Assembly: GCA_964016885.1 (NCBI GenBank)
Contig: OZ024740.1
Span: 88,660,001-88,724,000, forward strand
Direction of reading: 5' to 3'
Length of the DNA: 64,000 nucleotides
Source of the DNA: Eledone cirrhosa
Taxonomy: Eukaryota
The notes under the pieces were generated by a model. The model had not been told where the DNA came from, ran no database searches, and worked only from the letters and a program-made list of their open reading frames with translations. Shown here piece after piece: positions 1 through 14,449 of the stretch. Position numbers and translations under genes: made by a program. Every line of letters begins with the position of its first letter. Position 1 is the stretch's first letter.

Positions 1-1
1 C

Positions 2-112
<111 letters not shown>

Positions 113-468
113 CAATATTTGTTTCGACACACGATTTCATATAAAAAAAACCCAGCAAAACTAATATATATATATATATATATATATCAATGGGAATTTC
201 ATGTTCGAATTTATATGCGTAAACTTTTCTATCCGCTAAATTGGGGTGATTGAAAAGGATAGTTTGTGTGGTTGAAAAGGATGATTTGACTCTGTTTTTA
301 TTTATGCCACTATTATACATGTTGAGTGTGGGAAAGTTTTTTCTAGTAATTAAAAGATGGAGGATTAAACGAAATACATCTTACTGCCTATATTTCATTT
401 AGTTAAATAATTGAATCATCGACCAATAAGACACTATAGTTTCGAGTATATAATTGCGGATTATTGAC

Positions 469-3000
469 GTAATTATTATTATTATGATTTGAAACTTTAA
501 GTTCTGCTTCTTTCCAAATCATGCCTAGTGTCAACCTGGCACCCGAGGCAAAATTTGATAATACACACCTTTTACAATCAATTGTCACACAAATGATGCC
601 ACAAAGGCAAAAACAACAATAAATGTCCTTGCAAAGTTTTTAAATTGATAATGCCTTTCTTGGGACATGGGCAGTACCAGTCAGCATTGTTTTCTGTACC
701 TCTTGCAGCGATGCCTTTCCAGGTTTCCGGTCGAAATATTTTTCAGTACCTTCTTTTATCACTCCATGTGCACCGACTATCACTGATATTGTACAGGCCT
801 TAGGATGTCACATTGTCTCAGTTTCAATTTGATATATCTTTATACTTACTAAGCTTCCCGAACTCTTTCGAGATGTTACAATCTCATGTCAATTACGAAA
901 CATGTTTTCTCTTTATGTTCCTTCACAATTATATCAGGTCTGTTGGCCTTGGTTATTCTGTCACTATTCATAGGGAAGTCCCAGAGGACTGTCGCATTCT
1001 CGCCTCCTGTAACTGCATCTGAGTGATGGTTGTACCCTTTTCCCTCCGATTTCAGACCATACAAACTGCACATTCCCCAGTATAAGTATTGCCTCATTCT
1101 ATCATGACTCGATTTATATTCCTGGGTAGCTAAAGCTTGCAGCTTGAAACCAGGTGGTTTATCATCTTAACATGCTCATTAGAGACTCGAAAACATTTGG
1201 TCAGTTCCGTTTCTGACCACATTGGCTTGAAAGGTTGGGAGACATACGTCTTGTGGAGCCAAAATGAAGCCTTCAGTCTATGCATTTAGCCCACAACTCC
1301 GCGGCCACTGATGCGTAAGAACTTGCTCTATACCAGGTTCTGTGCTATGGAGAATTTACTGCCCATGCAGAGGTTCTGATCACATTTAGTGCACAGTCTC
1401 TGTTGACCTTCATATTTTGCCAACACTTTGATATTCTTTGCGACTTTGATTGCAGAATTGTCATTATTATTTTCAAACTGTATTCCAAGTTCTTACGCAA
1501 ACTTCTTACTTTCCTTTGTGACTGAATGTAACCTCTTTCTTGCTTCGTAAACAGCGACAATTTTCCTCATCTAGTCATCTTTTGTTTTACGGTACTGGTT
1601 GAGTCCAATGGTCGATATCCTGTATGAAAGCTCTAGCTGGATCATTCATCTACCCCCATTTTATCTAGAGGGAGAGAGGCGTTCCACATCTGCTTTTGGG
1701 TGATGCATTCTATTACAGGTTAAACATCCCCTGATGTTGGTGTCCATTCTCTTAATTACGTTAACGTCCCAATTTATGATATTAAAACTATAGGTGACAA
1801 CAGGGATTGCAAGTGCATTTATGGCAGATAATTAATTTCTCGAGTTAAGCTCTGTTTTCATTACAACACGTACTCTCCGGTAACAGTCCTTCCTGATTCT
1901 CTCTTTCATGCTAGTGTGGTGAATGCATTGGCCTTCATTGATCCCTAGATATCTGTAAGCTTGATCTTGTTCCAGTTCCATAATGACTGTCTTCACATCT
2001 ATTTCCATCGAGTTTGTGCTTGTCATTCTGCCTATCTTCAATGTAGCTTCAGTATATTTTTCCAGGCCAAACTCCATACTCACATCATCGCTGAACACAT
2101 TGACTGTCTTCAGCTGACTTTCTAGTTCGTTGTCATTTTTGGCATACAGCTTCAAGTCATCCATATAAAACAGTTGATTTATTGTTTTGCTCTCTATTTT
2201 ATAACCACGTCTTGCTTTGTTGAGCGCCAAAGACAGCGGTGTAAATGCAAGGCAAAATATGAGCGAAGAAAACGGATCTCCTTGAAAAATACCACAGTTA
2301 ATACTTATGCTGCTGAAATTTATAATTCCATCACTGTGTGACATTGATACGTTTGTATTCCTTAGAGATATGTTGCATTTCAGGATGTTTGATATTACTG
2401 GGGAAATTTTCAGAACATCGAAACGTTTCGAAATACATATTTGGGTAACACAGTCGAATCCAACCAGTACTCAGATTTCTATATTGTTTATGACAGCTTT
2501 CCAGAATCATACTGTTAATGAGTAGTTGGTCGTTGTAGGTTGTGTGAATTTTGTATGATGAGGGAAGGCAAGTGATAGGGAGATTATTTCTTGGAGCATT
2601 TGTTTCTGTCGAATTTGGCAAGAGATAAGTTCTACCTTGTGCAAACCAATCAAAAGAATTTTCAGGATTGTGCTTAATTTCGTTATATTATTTTGCAAAC
2701 ATATCATGGGTAGACGATAGAAAAGACAACCAGAAGTTTGGCATTTTAGCAATGCCAAGGGATTTCCATTTGTTGGCTTTCGTTAGTGCCAACCTCAGTT
2801 TTCCACAGTTATGTCATTCTAAATTATCGTATGTTTCTTCCATGTTCCTTGTCTATTCTGCATTCGGATTGTAGGATTTTTCTGTAATCCGTTTTGTTCT
2901 TCAGAATTCTTCAATTTCATGAATTGAAGGAGGTTCCATTACTTGAATCGTCTGTTTTCCAATATCCCGATAGAATCTTTTTGCGCCAGACATAAACAGG
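469..3000 (-). mobile_element. Decayed, 5'-truncated R4/Dong-like non-LTR retrotransposon (RT + restriction-like endonuclease)
   Basis: ORF pieces contain GIFQGDPFSSLIFCLA, LFYMDDLKLYAK, YRYLG and ANRPDIIV (RLE PD motif). Multiple frameshifts. (AAT)n tail at about 469-485. Confidence 0.88.
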
Positions 3001-3039
3001 TGTCGAAATATATTTACGTGCAATGTTATTAATAGCTAA

Positions 3040-3720
3040 CTTTTAGTAGGGTAAACTTTCCCGGTACATACTGATTTAGCTAGAGCTACGATATAGCATT
3101 GGGCATTCTTCTCAAAATTTCCTTAGTTAGGAGAGATTCTAGGTATACGTTGTTAATAATATATTTGATTTTATATTTAGTGTGTTTCAAATTCTTAAGT
3201 ACATACACAATTCTTGCATTTCACCTGGTTTATGGGAGAGTCTAAATATTTCAGTATTCAAATCCAGTGTAACATCTATGAAATTAACTACATTTTTGTT
3301 AGCTTTGATGGTTATTGCTAAGTCATAGTTTTTAAAGACATTGTAGAAACATTCTCAAAGCAGCTCAAGCAGGGAAAATTTTCGAAATGTAAACAGAGCA
3401 TCAACTCTGTAAATGCCTCCTCCCATACAAGGGAATTCAAAATTTAATTTATTAATGAGTAATAACGCAAAAAGGTCAATGACTTCGGAAGTTTCATTCG
3501 AAGCTGATACAAATATTACAACACATTCAGTCATCGATTATCAAACTTCCCTATTCGATTAGACATGTCAGGAAAAGCTCTGGCCTTGGCTATCCTACGG
3601 TCTTCGTGCTGTACGGGAGTCCAAAATCTAACGTGTTTTTTATAAATATGATGATTTGTGATTCAATAGAATGTTCACCGTTATTCATGAAATCCTAACA
3701 GTTTGAGCGACCACGTAGTT
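3040..3720 (-). pseudogene. Heavily decayed Penelope-like RT fragment
   Basis: Minus strand near 3265-3290 reads VNFIDVTLD, matching VNFLDVTLN of the PLE at 50.6 kb. Confidence 0.6.
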
Positions 3721-3741
3721 TCAATCATTGAATCCTTGTCT

Positions 3742-3772
<31 letters not shown>

Positions 3773-4821
3773 ACGAAGGAAATGTGGTAAGGAACCAGGT
3801 GGACCATAACGGCTAATTCAGTCCAGAATTAGCCGTCGGGGTCCTACTCATTCCTATATATATATAACGAAGGAAATGTGGTTAGGAACCAGATGAACCA
3901 TAACGCACCAAAGTACTCAATACTTAGGGTAGTAGAGTGGGTAATAGGAACAAGTAGGATCCCGGCGGTTGAGCTCAAGCTTATATATATATATATATAT
4001 CAGATGTATGATGGCCCGAATTGAATGATTGATACATCAGGGATCATTAATAGTCTCTTTTATGTTCTTGAGTGCACCTCTAGTGAGTGTTATATGGTTG
4101 CTGTTGAGTAATCGAGTTTGTAACTTGCCATTTAAAACACTAGCTATACTGCCATGACATATCGAACTTGCCCACCGAAAGGAAGGACGTGATCCTGCTG
4201 GGCTAGGATCTTTCCCCTTACGGTGACTTGGGCCACGCCTTATTCGTGGTGAAATGAAACTTATCTGATAAACATTCTAATATTGACTATTGTGATGTCC
4301 CTAGGCCCTGTGATTTCCCCTATGAACCCATAGTTAGGGCAGATGCGACCTATGACTCTAAGTCATGTGAAAATTAAATTGCCTTACCTGCCTCCTATGG
4401 TGCATAGTGCATGTATCATTTAATTGCTTCTGTGTGCATTCTCTTGCCTCTGTTTCTCGTTTGATACTCTATGACTCTAAGTCATGGAAGACTAACTCAC
4501 CTGTCTTCTATAGTGACCAATGCATAACTTCTTTTGTTGCTTTTGTGTGCCTTCACATGCCTCAATTTCTTTTTCTCTCTTTTTTTAATAATCTTTAATT
4601 GCTTTTATTTGCTTTTGTGTACCTTCACATGCCTCAGTTTCTTGTGAGAAAATCTGCTTGTATTCACATATTTTGCTATAATGTTGACTAACAACCCCAT
4701 TACGCACTCTCTCCATCCTTCTCATCTCCAATCTCCCTCTTATTATCCCGTACCGTATCTCTACTGTTCTGGTGACTAAGCTTGGTAGCGCATATATTCA
4801 AACATATATTTTTGTTTATAA

Positions 4822-4868
4822 CGCTCTGATGATTCCTGCCCCACGGTATGGATGAAACATTGTCAGCG
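4822..4868 (+). ncRNA. Type I minimal hammerhead ribozyme
   Basis: cgct-CTGATGA-stem II (tcc/tgcc...ggta/gga)-GAAA-c att g-TC-agcg. Stem I is cgct/agcg and the cleavage triplet is GUC. Confidence 0.8.
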
Positions 4869-5033
4869 AATAAAGATTGTTTGAGTATATAGGCGTTCTT
4901 TGATTTCTTTTATCTATAACGGCTCTGTTATTGTACATTGAGGTAATGCGATACTGTCACAAACATGACACTGTGCAGGTGTGTTTGTGCACATATGCTC
5001 CGTTGTTTACGTAAATTATATATGTATACATGC

Positions 5034-5115
<82 letters not shown>

Positions 5116-5122
<7 letters not shown>

Positions 5123-5283
5123 TATATATATTTATTTGGTTCCTTTACCGGTTTCGCAGTTCTTCTGCTTTTCAAAAGTAGAGTTGAGATGGAGGGTCTG
5201 TGGTTTTTCATCTCAACTCTACTTTTGAAAAGCAAAAGAACTGCGAAACCGGTAAAGGAACCAAATAAATATATATATTTTTT
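5116..5283. repeat. Near-perfect hairpin (about 75 bp arms, 17 nt spacer), each arm carrying an HHR-like motif with a UUGAAAA core
   Basis: Arms 5116-5191 and 5209-5283 are reverse complements. Right arm 5222-5257 reads ctt-TTGAAAA-gca..tgc-GAAA-ccggta-aag. Confidence 0.9.
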
Positions 5284-5396
5284 TAAAAATAAGACTCCAG
5301 TTGCATTTTCGATTTCATCTTTTTTTCTTTATACTTTCACTCGTGTAGGACATCTCGGTTATTTTTCCTTTTTGTAAAAAAAAACCTCACTTTCTA

Positions 5397-5440
<44 letters not shown>

Positions 5441-5450
5441 CTGTGTGTGT

Positions 5451-5487
<37 letters not shown>

Positions 5488-6001
5488 CGTGTGTGTCTGT
5501 GTCTGTGTGTGTGCGTGTGTGACAGAGTGTATGTGTATATATATGTATATATGTGTGGATCTATATGTGTGCGTGTGAGTGTGTATACACCTATATGCAT
5601 GCGCGGGATCCTATGTCTGGGTGTATGTATAGGTATGTACATGTCTGTGTACATACGTGTCTGTACGTCTATGCCTGCCTGTCTATCTCTGTCGAATTTC
5701 AACGTCCTACAATTATTTCTTCCTCTCAATATTATCCACTACCAGACAATGCCTTTTTAAAATTCTTTGACAAAAACATGGAATGTCTTTACCGACACGA
5801 TAAACTAGCACTGGGTCGTCCAAGCGTGTCACACCCTACAAACTCCTGCTTTCTGTTTACACAAAGCACACACGAAACCTTAATTGCTCGCGCGCTCACG
5901 TACACCAAAATACATACATGCGACCAGACACAAACCGATGTCTGTATATATATACCTTCTCGGCGCACACACTACAACAAAAACATCTTGTATCGCATCA
6001 C

Positions 6002-6089
6002 CTCTCTGAGGAGCAGATCGATACTGGAGTCCGGTCCATAACTCCTATGGGCTACTTTGATCCAATCCTCTGCGAAACGCGCGTAACAG
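6002..6089 (+). ncRNA. Type I hammerhead ribozyme with extended stem II
   Basis: CTGAGGA-gcaga...(51 nt)...tctgc-GAAA-cgcgcg-TA. Stem III is palindromic (acgcgcgt), as in PLE HHRs. Stem I is imperfect. Confidence 0.7.
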
Positions 6090-6454
6090 ATGGATACACA
6101 ATAAATATTCTTCATATGTAAACGAAACTTCCTCGTTTTATATATATATTTATATATATATATATATATATAAGCAAAGGGATATTTAATTTGTTGGTAA
6201 TTCAACAAATATATATATATTTATAACTGATTCGAAGCACTCGACAAGTTTTCCGGAGTATAATATCAATGATATTAATAAATGGATACTATATTTATTC
6301 AGCCCAAGCCTCAGCCACATTTGCATATTCATCTTAATAATTTGAAACATTTGTTTTTTCCTCTCTTCCCCCCTTTTCCTTTTACTATCCAGGTAAAACT
6401 TGAACCGTTAAGGTCTCATTCCTGGATATGTCAATATTTTAAAAACACTCTTTG

Positions 6455-6514
6455 TATTTTACCTGATGAAAGCGTACCAAAGTTTTGGTACCTTGAAATA
6501 TATATAATGGAATA
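6455..6514 (+). ncRNA. Type I hammerhead ribozyme, diverged relative of 9199-9264
   Basis: tattttac-CTGATGA-aa g(c)gtacca..tggtac c tt-GAAA-tatatata-atggaata. The downstream flank is shared with the 9.2 kb copy. Confidence 0.72.
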
Positions 6515-6557
6515 AATATGGTTTTATAAATATAGTTTCCATTTATTAATATCATTG

Positions 6558-6590
<33 letters not shown>

Positions 6591-6772
6591 AGTGGTTACA
6601 CAATAGTTAGTTCACCATACCGAGAACAATTGTTTCACCTTAGCGGATGCTAACTCGTCCCATGGACTGAGTGCTCTACCACTACGGATATTACCTTCCA
6701 GTGTTCTACCACCATATGTATATGTTTCTGAAAGGGAATAAACATAGTTTCCGAAGAAACGTACGGAGAAGC

Positions 6773-6872
<100 letters not shown>

Positions 6873-6912
6873 GATATTAAACAAATGGAAACTATATTTA
6901 TAAAACCATATT

Positions 6913-6978
6913 TATTTCATTATACATATTTCAGGGATACCATATTAAAAATATGGCATGCCTTCTTCAGATAAAATA
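6913..6978 (-). ncRNA. Type I hammerhead ribozyme in the left arm of the inverted repeat
   Basis: Reverse complement of 9199-9264. Confidence 0.8.
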
Positions 6979-8893
6979 CAATATATAAGCAGTTTTATAA
7001 ATAAATTTGACGTACCATAAATATTGATCAACTTTTATGTAAGAAGTTGGTTTGGTAGTGAGATGTTTATAAATATTTAGTGTTAAGCACAGTTAGAAAG
7101 AAAGACGGAGAAAAGGAAGAAATGTATGTAAAGAAAAACAGAGAGAGATAGAGAGAGATAGGGGAGAGAGAAATTGTGAGGAGGTGACAAATGAGAGGCA
7201 GCTGAGGCAACAGATGAATAATAATAATTCATCATACAAATTGAGAGATTTAGGAGGGAGTACTGTAATTATTTATTTATTTATTTATTTAGTTATAGTG
7301 TTAAGGAGACGGAGAGAAATAAAAAATAAATAAAGAGAAAACAGAGAGGTAGAGAAAGATAGAGGTGGGTGGAAAAAGAGGTAGATCAAATAATAATAAT
7401 TATATATGGGGAGGTGAGAGAAATAGGAGAGAAGTAAGAGAGAAAACAAGAGAGAAGCTCGACAGGCAAAGTTAAAATAACCGATACTTAAATTTCATCA
7501 TGTATAAAGAGGGAGGAGAAGAGAGAGCTATATCTAGAGAGAAGGATGATAGATTTACAACTTTACGTTATGTCCTATCAATTTGAATTATCAATTCATA
7601 TGAATTGGGTATTATAATGTAAATATCAATATTCATGAATGAGACATAAATATATAATGTGTGAAAAATAATGACCATATGTTTAGTTTAAAAATTCTTA
7701 GGTCGATGTACCAAAAACTGAGATAAAACTTCAAAAAATACGGAAATACATAAGTATATATGTACTTTCCGGAAAAGGAAAGAAAGAGAAAAAGAGAAGG
7801 TCATCTCAAGTTCTAGTTGACACTATAGACATACCCGTGATCTTACCTGATCAACTCTGTAATTTCTTATTTCACAAGAAAAAAAGGGTAGATTTCTGTG
7901 GTTGATATGGGGGGCATACTGCGTTTTTTACGGCCCTAGATACTCTGGGGAGTGATGAAAATATTCTTAACGTTTTGATATCTCTGTGCCGATATATTAA
8001 TATCTGTTGTCTCTGTGCAAAGGCCATATGTATTAATATGAATATGGAATGATTACAGAGTATATTCTATTTTATCTGTTTATTTTATCTGTCCATGTAC
8101 ATATATGTGCACACGCATATATATATATATATGTATGTGTGGCTATAGTTCTGGATATGTTACAGATATGCATACTATTCTATACATGAACGATAATCAT
8201 GTATGTGAGGGCAGGAATGTTAATATTAATATATATTTTTATGTATATATATGTATGTATATATATATATAGTAAAATCTTTTATAACACAAGGGAACAT
8301 TTTTTTTCCTGTGAAATAAGAAATTACAGAGTTGATCAGGTAAGATCACGGGTATGTCTATAGTGTCAACTAGAACTTGAGATGACCTTCTCTTTTTCTC
8401 TTTCTTTCCTTTTCCGGAAAGTACATATATACTTATGTATTTCCGTATTTTTTGAAGTTTTATCTCAGTTTTTGGTACATCGACCTAATAATTTTTAAAC
8501 TAAACATATGGTCATTATTTTTCCCACATTATATATCTATGTCTCATTCATGAATATTGATATTTACATTATAATACCCAATTCATATGAATTGATAATT
8601 AAAATTGATAGGACATAACGTAAAGTTGTAAATCTATCATCCTTCTCTCTAGATATAGCTCTCTCTTCTCCTCCCTCTTTATACATGATGAAATTTAAGT
8701 ATCGGTTATTTTAACTTTGCCTCTCGAGCTTCTCTCTTGTTTTCTCTCTTACTTCTCTCCTATTTCTCTCACCTCCCCATATATAATTATTATTATTTGA
8801 TCTACCTCTTTTTCCCCCCACCTCTATCTTTCTCTACCTCTCTGTTTTCTCTTTATTTATTTTTATTTCTCTCCGTCTCCTTAACACTATAAC

Positions 8894-8929
<36 letters not shown>

Positions 8930-9198
8930 CTCTCAATTTGTATGATGAATTATTATTATTCATCTGTTGCCTCAGCTGCCTCTCATTTGTCACCTCCTCA
9001 CTATTTCTCTCTCCCCTATCTCTCTCTACCTCTCTCTGTTTTTCTTTACATACATTTCTTCCTTTTCTCCGTCTTTCTTTCTAACTGTGCTTAACACTAA
9101 ACATTTATAAACATCTCACTACCAAACCAACTTCTTACATAAAAGTTGATCAATATTTATGGTACGTTAAATTTATTTATAAAACTGCTTATATATTG

Positions 9199-9264
9199 TA
9201 TTTTATCTGAAGAAGGCATGCCATATTTTTAATATGGTATCCCTGAAATATGTATAATGAAATA
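9199..9264 (+). ncRNA. Type I hammerhead ribozyme in the right arm of the inverted repeat
   Basis: tattttat-CTGAAGA-agg c atgccatatt ttt aatatggtat c cct-GAAA-tatgta-TA-atgaaata. 8 bp stem I, long stem II, AUA triplet. Confidence 0.82.
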
Positions 9265-9391
9265 AATATGGTTTTATAAATATAGTTTCCATTTGTTTAA
9301 TATCGTATATCTACTCCAAAACTTGTTGAATGCTTTATATCAGTTATAAAATATTTACTTGTTGTAACCCAACAATTTTAAATAAAACTTT

Positions 9392-9514
<123 letters not shown>

Positions 9515-10138
9515 GCTTCTCCGTACGTTTCTTCGGAAACTATGTTTATTCCCTTTCAGAAACTAATTAGTTGGAGTGAAATTTTAGTAAGAAAGTTAAT
9601 TTTATAATTTTTTTATTTTACGTCTCTCATATTATTGTTCTGCATCCCCACAAAGTTATTAAGACAAAACCTATATATTTGCTAGCATAAGTATGCATCT
9701 GTGTATATATATGTTACTAGATATATTAATTCTTTATAATTATCTCCAAATTATTTTGTCGAGCAAAAATTGGCATACACTGCTACTATAGTAACGGGCC
9801 GGCTGCTGTCTTCTTAACAAACCACTCTTCACTGATTAACCTCGATGTCACGTGACTGATTCTTTTGAATTTGCCACCGACGCAGTAGGCAGTGATTTTT
9901 TCAATGGCTTGGAATTTAGTCCACGCTTTGCTTTTTTCCATCCACTGAATTATTTTTGTATAAGTTTCCTGTGTCCACGTATTGCCTGGAAACTTAGCTG
10001 ATAATAGACTTCCCTGATGACGAAAGGCTTCTCCGTACGTTTCTTCGGAAATTATGTTTTTTTCCCTTTCAGAAACTAATTAGTTGGAGTGAAATTTTAT
10101 TAAGTAAGTTAATTTTATAATTTGCTTATTTTACGTCC

Positions 10139-10248
<110 letters not shown>

Positions 10249-11264
10249 GTGTGTGTGTGTGTGTGTGTGTGGGTGTGTGTGTGTGGGTGTGTGTGTGTGT
10301 GTGTGTGTGTGTCTGTGTCTGTGTGTCTGTGTGTCTGTGTTTGTGTGGGGGTATGTGTGTGTATGTCTCTGTGTGAACTCAGAATGCAGAGACCCGGAAA
10401 ATAACGCTTGGCAAGTAATCAGATGCTCTGACGAGTAATTCATTGCTTTTATGTGAAACCGAAAATTAAAAGTATTTATCATCTTACCTTATTTTGCTAC
10501 GATTAAGCGAATAAAGTCATTGTCATGTTTTTCTTACTGGTCATCCTTGTTCGACTATATCAATGCTATGTGAACAAATGAAGAAAGCTTATGAGAATAA
10601 ATAGTAATGACATTTCATAACAAAAGCATTGAAGTTATCAATTTAAGTTAGAAGAGTTCACCATCTTCCCAGTCGCAGAGAAGCCTAAGGCAATGTTTTT
10701 GAATTAATAACTCTTGCATATATATATACACTTTTTTGACGTGTTTATGGTTCAGTATTATATTTATATCTATGATTTCGATTTATTTAAATGATTGCAA
10801 TACAAGTATGATCACAAAATGATGAAATTCTATGATAAATTTAGAGTTTGCATCTCCTATTCTATATTAACACTATTTTTCTCAAGGGGGCGAACATTGC
10901 CTGCCGGCAATAGATTCTGTTCGATATGACAAGAAGGTTTGCAAGAACATTTCGATTAGCTCTGTTTTAAATTTAATATATTTAATATATAGCAATGTAG
11001 CTGGGAACATTAAAAAAATACTGACTGGTTGTACAATGGATACTTCATGACAATATATTTGATAAGTAATTAAGGAAATATCATTCATTGGACTTTTGTT
11101 TTGTTTAAATATGTAGGCAGACATCACTTCCGTAAAGTGTTTGATGTTAGAAAGGGCATTAGTTAAGCCATTCCAAAATGAAACATATGAACTATACTGA
11201 AAATTCCTGTCTAACCTATGTAAGCATGGAAATAAACGTAAAACGCTGATGATATATATATATG

Positions 11265-11314
<50 letters not shown>

Positions 11315-11404
11315 CACACACACACACACACACTTATACACACACGCTTACCCACACACATACACACACACACACAGACACATATATATGTAGAGAGAAA
11401 GATA

Positions 11405-11458
<54 letters not shown>

Positions 11459-11538
11459 TATCTCTCAACACGCACACAGAAACAAAATGGCGTAGGACAG
11501 AACAAAGGAGAGGCACAGAAACAAAGGAAGGAATCCCC

Positions 11539-11583
11539 AGTCACTGAAGAGGTCACAGAGTGTGTGACGAAAGAACTATGACT
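11539..11583 (+). ncRNA. Type I minimal hammerhead ribozyme
   Basis: agtca-CTGAAGA-g-gtcaca gagtg tgtgac-GAAA-g aa c-TA-tgact. Stems I and II are perfect. Confidence 0.8.
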
Positions 11584-11979
11584 ATATATAAACAACTATC
11601 TGGTTGTGGAACCAACCAGAAATTTATAAATTTATAAATTTATAAATATATAATAAATTGAAGTGAAACAACTGGTGCGTGTGTTTCTTATTGGCAACAT
11701 GACCCTCCCAAAGTATAACAATATCGGTTTCAACACACGATTTCAGATAAAGAATCTTGCTAAACAATTTCAGAAACGAAATATATATAAATATATCTTG
11801 CTCCAATACTGTTGAGCGCTTTATATTATAACTGTATAAATATATATATATATATATATATATACATATTTCTATACATATATATTTGTATATATATATA
11901 TATATATATATATACAAATACTTTTATTTATAAAACTATGTGTATGTGTTTGTATATTTGTATATTTGTATGCATGGTC

Positions 11980-12050
<71 letters not shown>

Positions 12051-13348
12051 ATTTAAGAAATGATTTGCCCTCATTCCAGAAGGAAGATTATATTTTCTGT
12101 ACTACTGCTGATCAAACATCTCAAAAGACTGCCGGTAAAATATTGATAATTCAAAAGTAAGTCACTGATGAATAGCCTGTTTCTGTATTTACATAATTTA
12201 ATATATTATCTTCTATATGTTTTATGTTCACCGGAAAACTGTCAAGAATTGTATATAAATGTGAAAATAACACATATACATTGAAGCTGATAGACATAGA
12301 TGTATTCACCTCTTCATATATTCTTGTTATTTAAACAAAGCATTTCTAAAAGTTGAAAAATACCAAAATTGTTTTCTTCACCCTAAGTGTTGCTTTCAAA
12401 TACGAGATGGCTACGTTTGTGTTACAACATTCAGGATTCAATACAATAAGTATAATTTACATCAGTTGACGCTGATCATGGCCCTTGTTTAACCTTAGAC
12501 CAGAATTAATTGAGCACAGATATTATGGAAGATTTTCCAGCTGTGACTATCCCATATTTTATTTTGTCATAGAGCATTCAGGATGACACCATCCTCCGTG
12601 TTCTCTCTCTTATTGAAGATGGAGATTAGTCAACTATTTCTTGAGTGACTTTCGATCGTGTAGTTGTTCCCATTTGAAGAGTCTTTTTGTTGATCAAATC
12701 TACTATTAATATATTCATATTTATCAACCTTGAAGAAAAGCAAATACAAAACCAGTGGTATATACATTTAAACCGTAGAAGGATCTACGTAAATGTTATA
12801 AGTTATTTTTCTCCGGCATTTTAACAAGTGTGCCAGTGTGTCACTCTACACAGTACCTAGACCTTCACATTCAGAGAATTATTAAAAGCCTTCTCATGTA
12901 AATGAAACAATGCTGGTGCTCATACACACGTCTTATAACGTGATATCTAAACGAAAGGATGATTGTAAAGAAGTTACCAACATGCCACATGTTTGTTCTC
13001 TTCCTTCTTTAATCTCTGCCATAAACACCCACTCATCCTGATCTAACTATCTATGTACTTACCCTCTCCACCAAGGGGATCCAATTAGCTCCGAAAATAG
13101 ATTAAAGATGCTTATTATCTTCTCAATTCATTGGAAAATTCCTTTATTCTGACATGTTTATAGGCCTACATATATTCATACACTTTCATGCAGTCTCGGT
13201 TGTAACTCTGCATTTATACAGATATAACTTTATCATACATATATAAATAAATATATATATATATGAAATAGTTCTAGTCCTGTAGAATCTCATCTATATA
13301 TATATATATATACACATACACACACACACACACACACATACACACACA

Positions 13349-13388
<40 letters not shown>

Positions 13389-13400
13389 GACACATATGTA

Positions 13401-13454
<54 letters not shown>

Positions 13455-13483
13455 CACATATATATACATATACATACATACAC

Positions 13484-13521
<38 letters not shown>

Positions 13522-14449
13522 GGATTAACAAATAATAGTTAAATGCAGTCCATTAGGTGAAGTCCAGTTATGGTATTCCAGGTAGTGGATGATATTAACG
13601 CTTGGCTTGGTTTGACTCAACAAGGCGTTTTCATAGTGATGCTGCGGGTATGCTGTAATTCCTATGTTGTAAACACTTGGAGTAATAATAAATCAGGAAA
13701 GAAGGTTTACATGGTTTGCTATACAAAAAAGTTTTTAATCACATAGCTTACATTTGTTTCACTGAACTGGTATGTCTAGAGATCGCTATCCGCTTAATTT
13801 TGCGTTACTCGATCGCCAATACAGAATTATAACCAGTCAGATCTTCGGAGCATGCGAGAATGAAGAAAATACACAGGCAAGAAAAGAAAAGAAAATACAG
13901 GCTACTATATGGAGTAGTATGGCATTCAATTAGAACAATAACAACAATTACAACAATGCTATCAATAAACTATTTAAGGAGACCCTGACATTACTTAGGT
14001 GGGGGGGTATATAATGTATCTAATGTTACGGCGTGAAAACCAGCTGTCATAAGGCAAAAAGTATCGTAGTGTGTATCAATTTTAAATTATAAAGATAAGC
14101 TAGTTTTTACAGTCTTTCTCTTCATCTTCTACAGTATACATGAGTGGGACCACTGTCAAAGCTCAATAGTTGTAGAGTTAATACAGAGGTTAACGAATTA
14201 ATATACGCATATATCTACGCACACACACACACACATATACACATACACACACACACACATATATATATATATAAATATATATACACATATATACACATGC
14301 ATGTGTACATAGACACACACATACACATCAATATACACTCGTACAGAAATATACATACATGCAAAGAGAAAAGCGTGCTAATTGTAATTATGGCAAAGAG
14401 AAGGTAAAGTAACATTGTAATAGTGAAATGAGAAAAACTAGGATCTAGG

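Noticed and set aside
6617-6665. Hammerhead 3' halves or degenerate relics here and at about 20695-20725, 21628-21686, 55944-55982, 56104-56145 and 57930-57973
   Set aside because: GAAAC plus stem III is recognisable, but the CUGANGA half is missing or too mutated to call.
10014-10060. CTGATGA-cgaa..ttcg-GAAA-ttatgtt hammerhead core
   Set aside because: Stem II is plausible but no stem I pairing was found. Left uncalled.
10421-10477. agatgct-CTGACGA..GAAA..agtattt
   Set aside because: Stem I pairs, but there is no UH cleavage site and stem II is weak. At best a dead relic.
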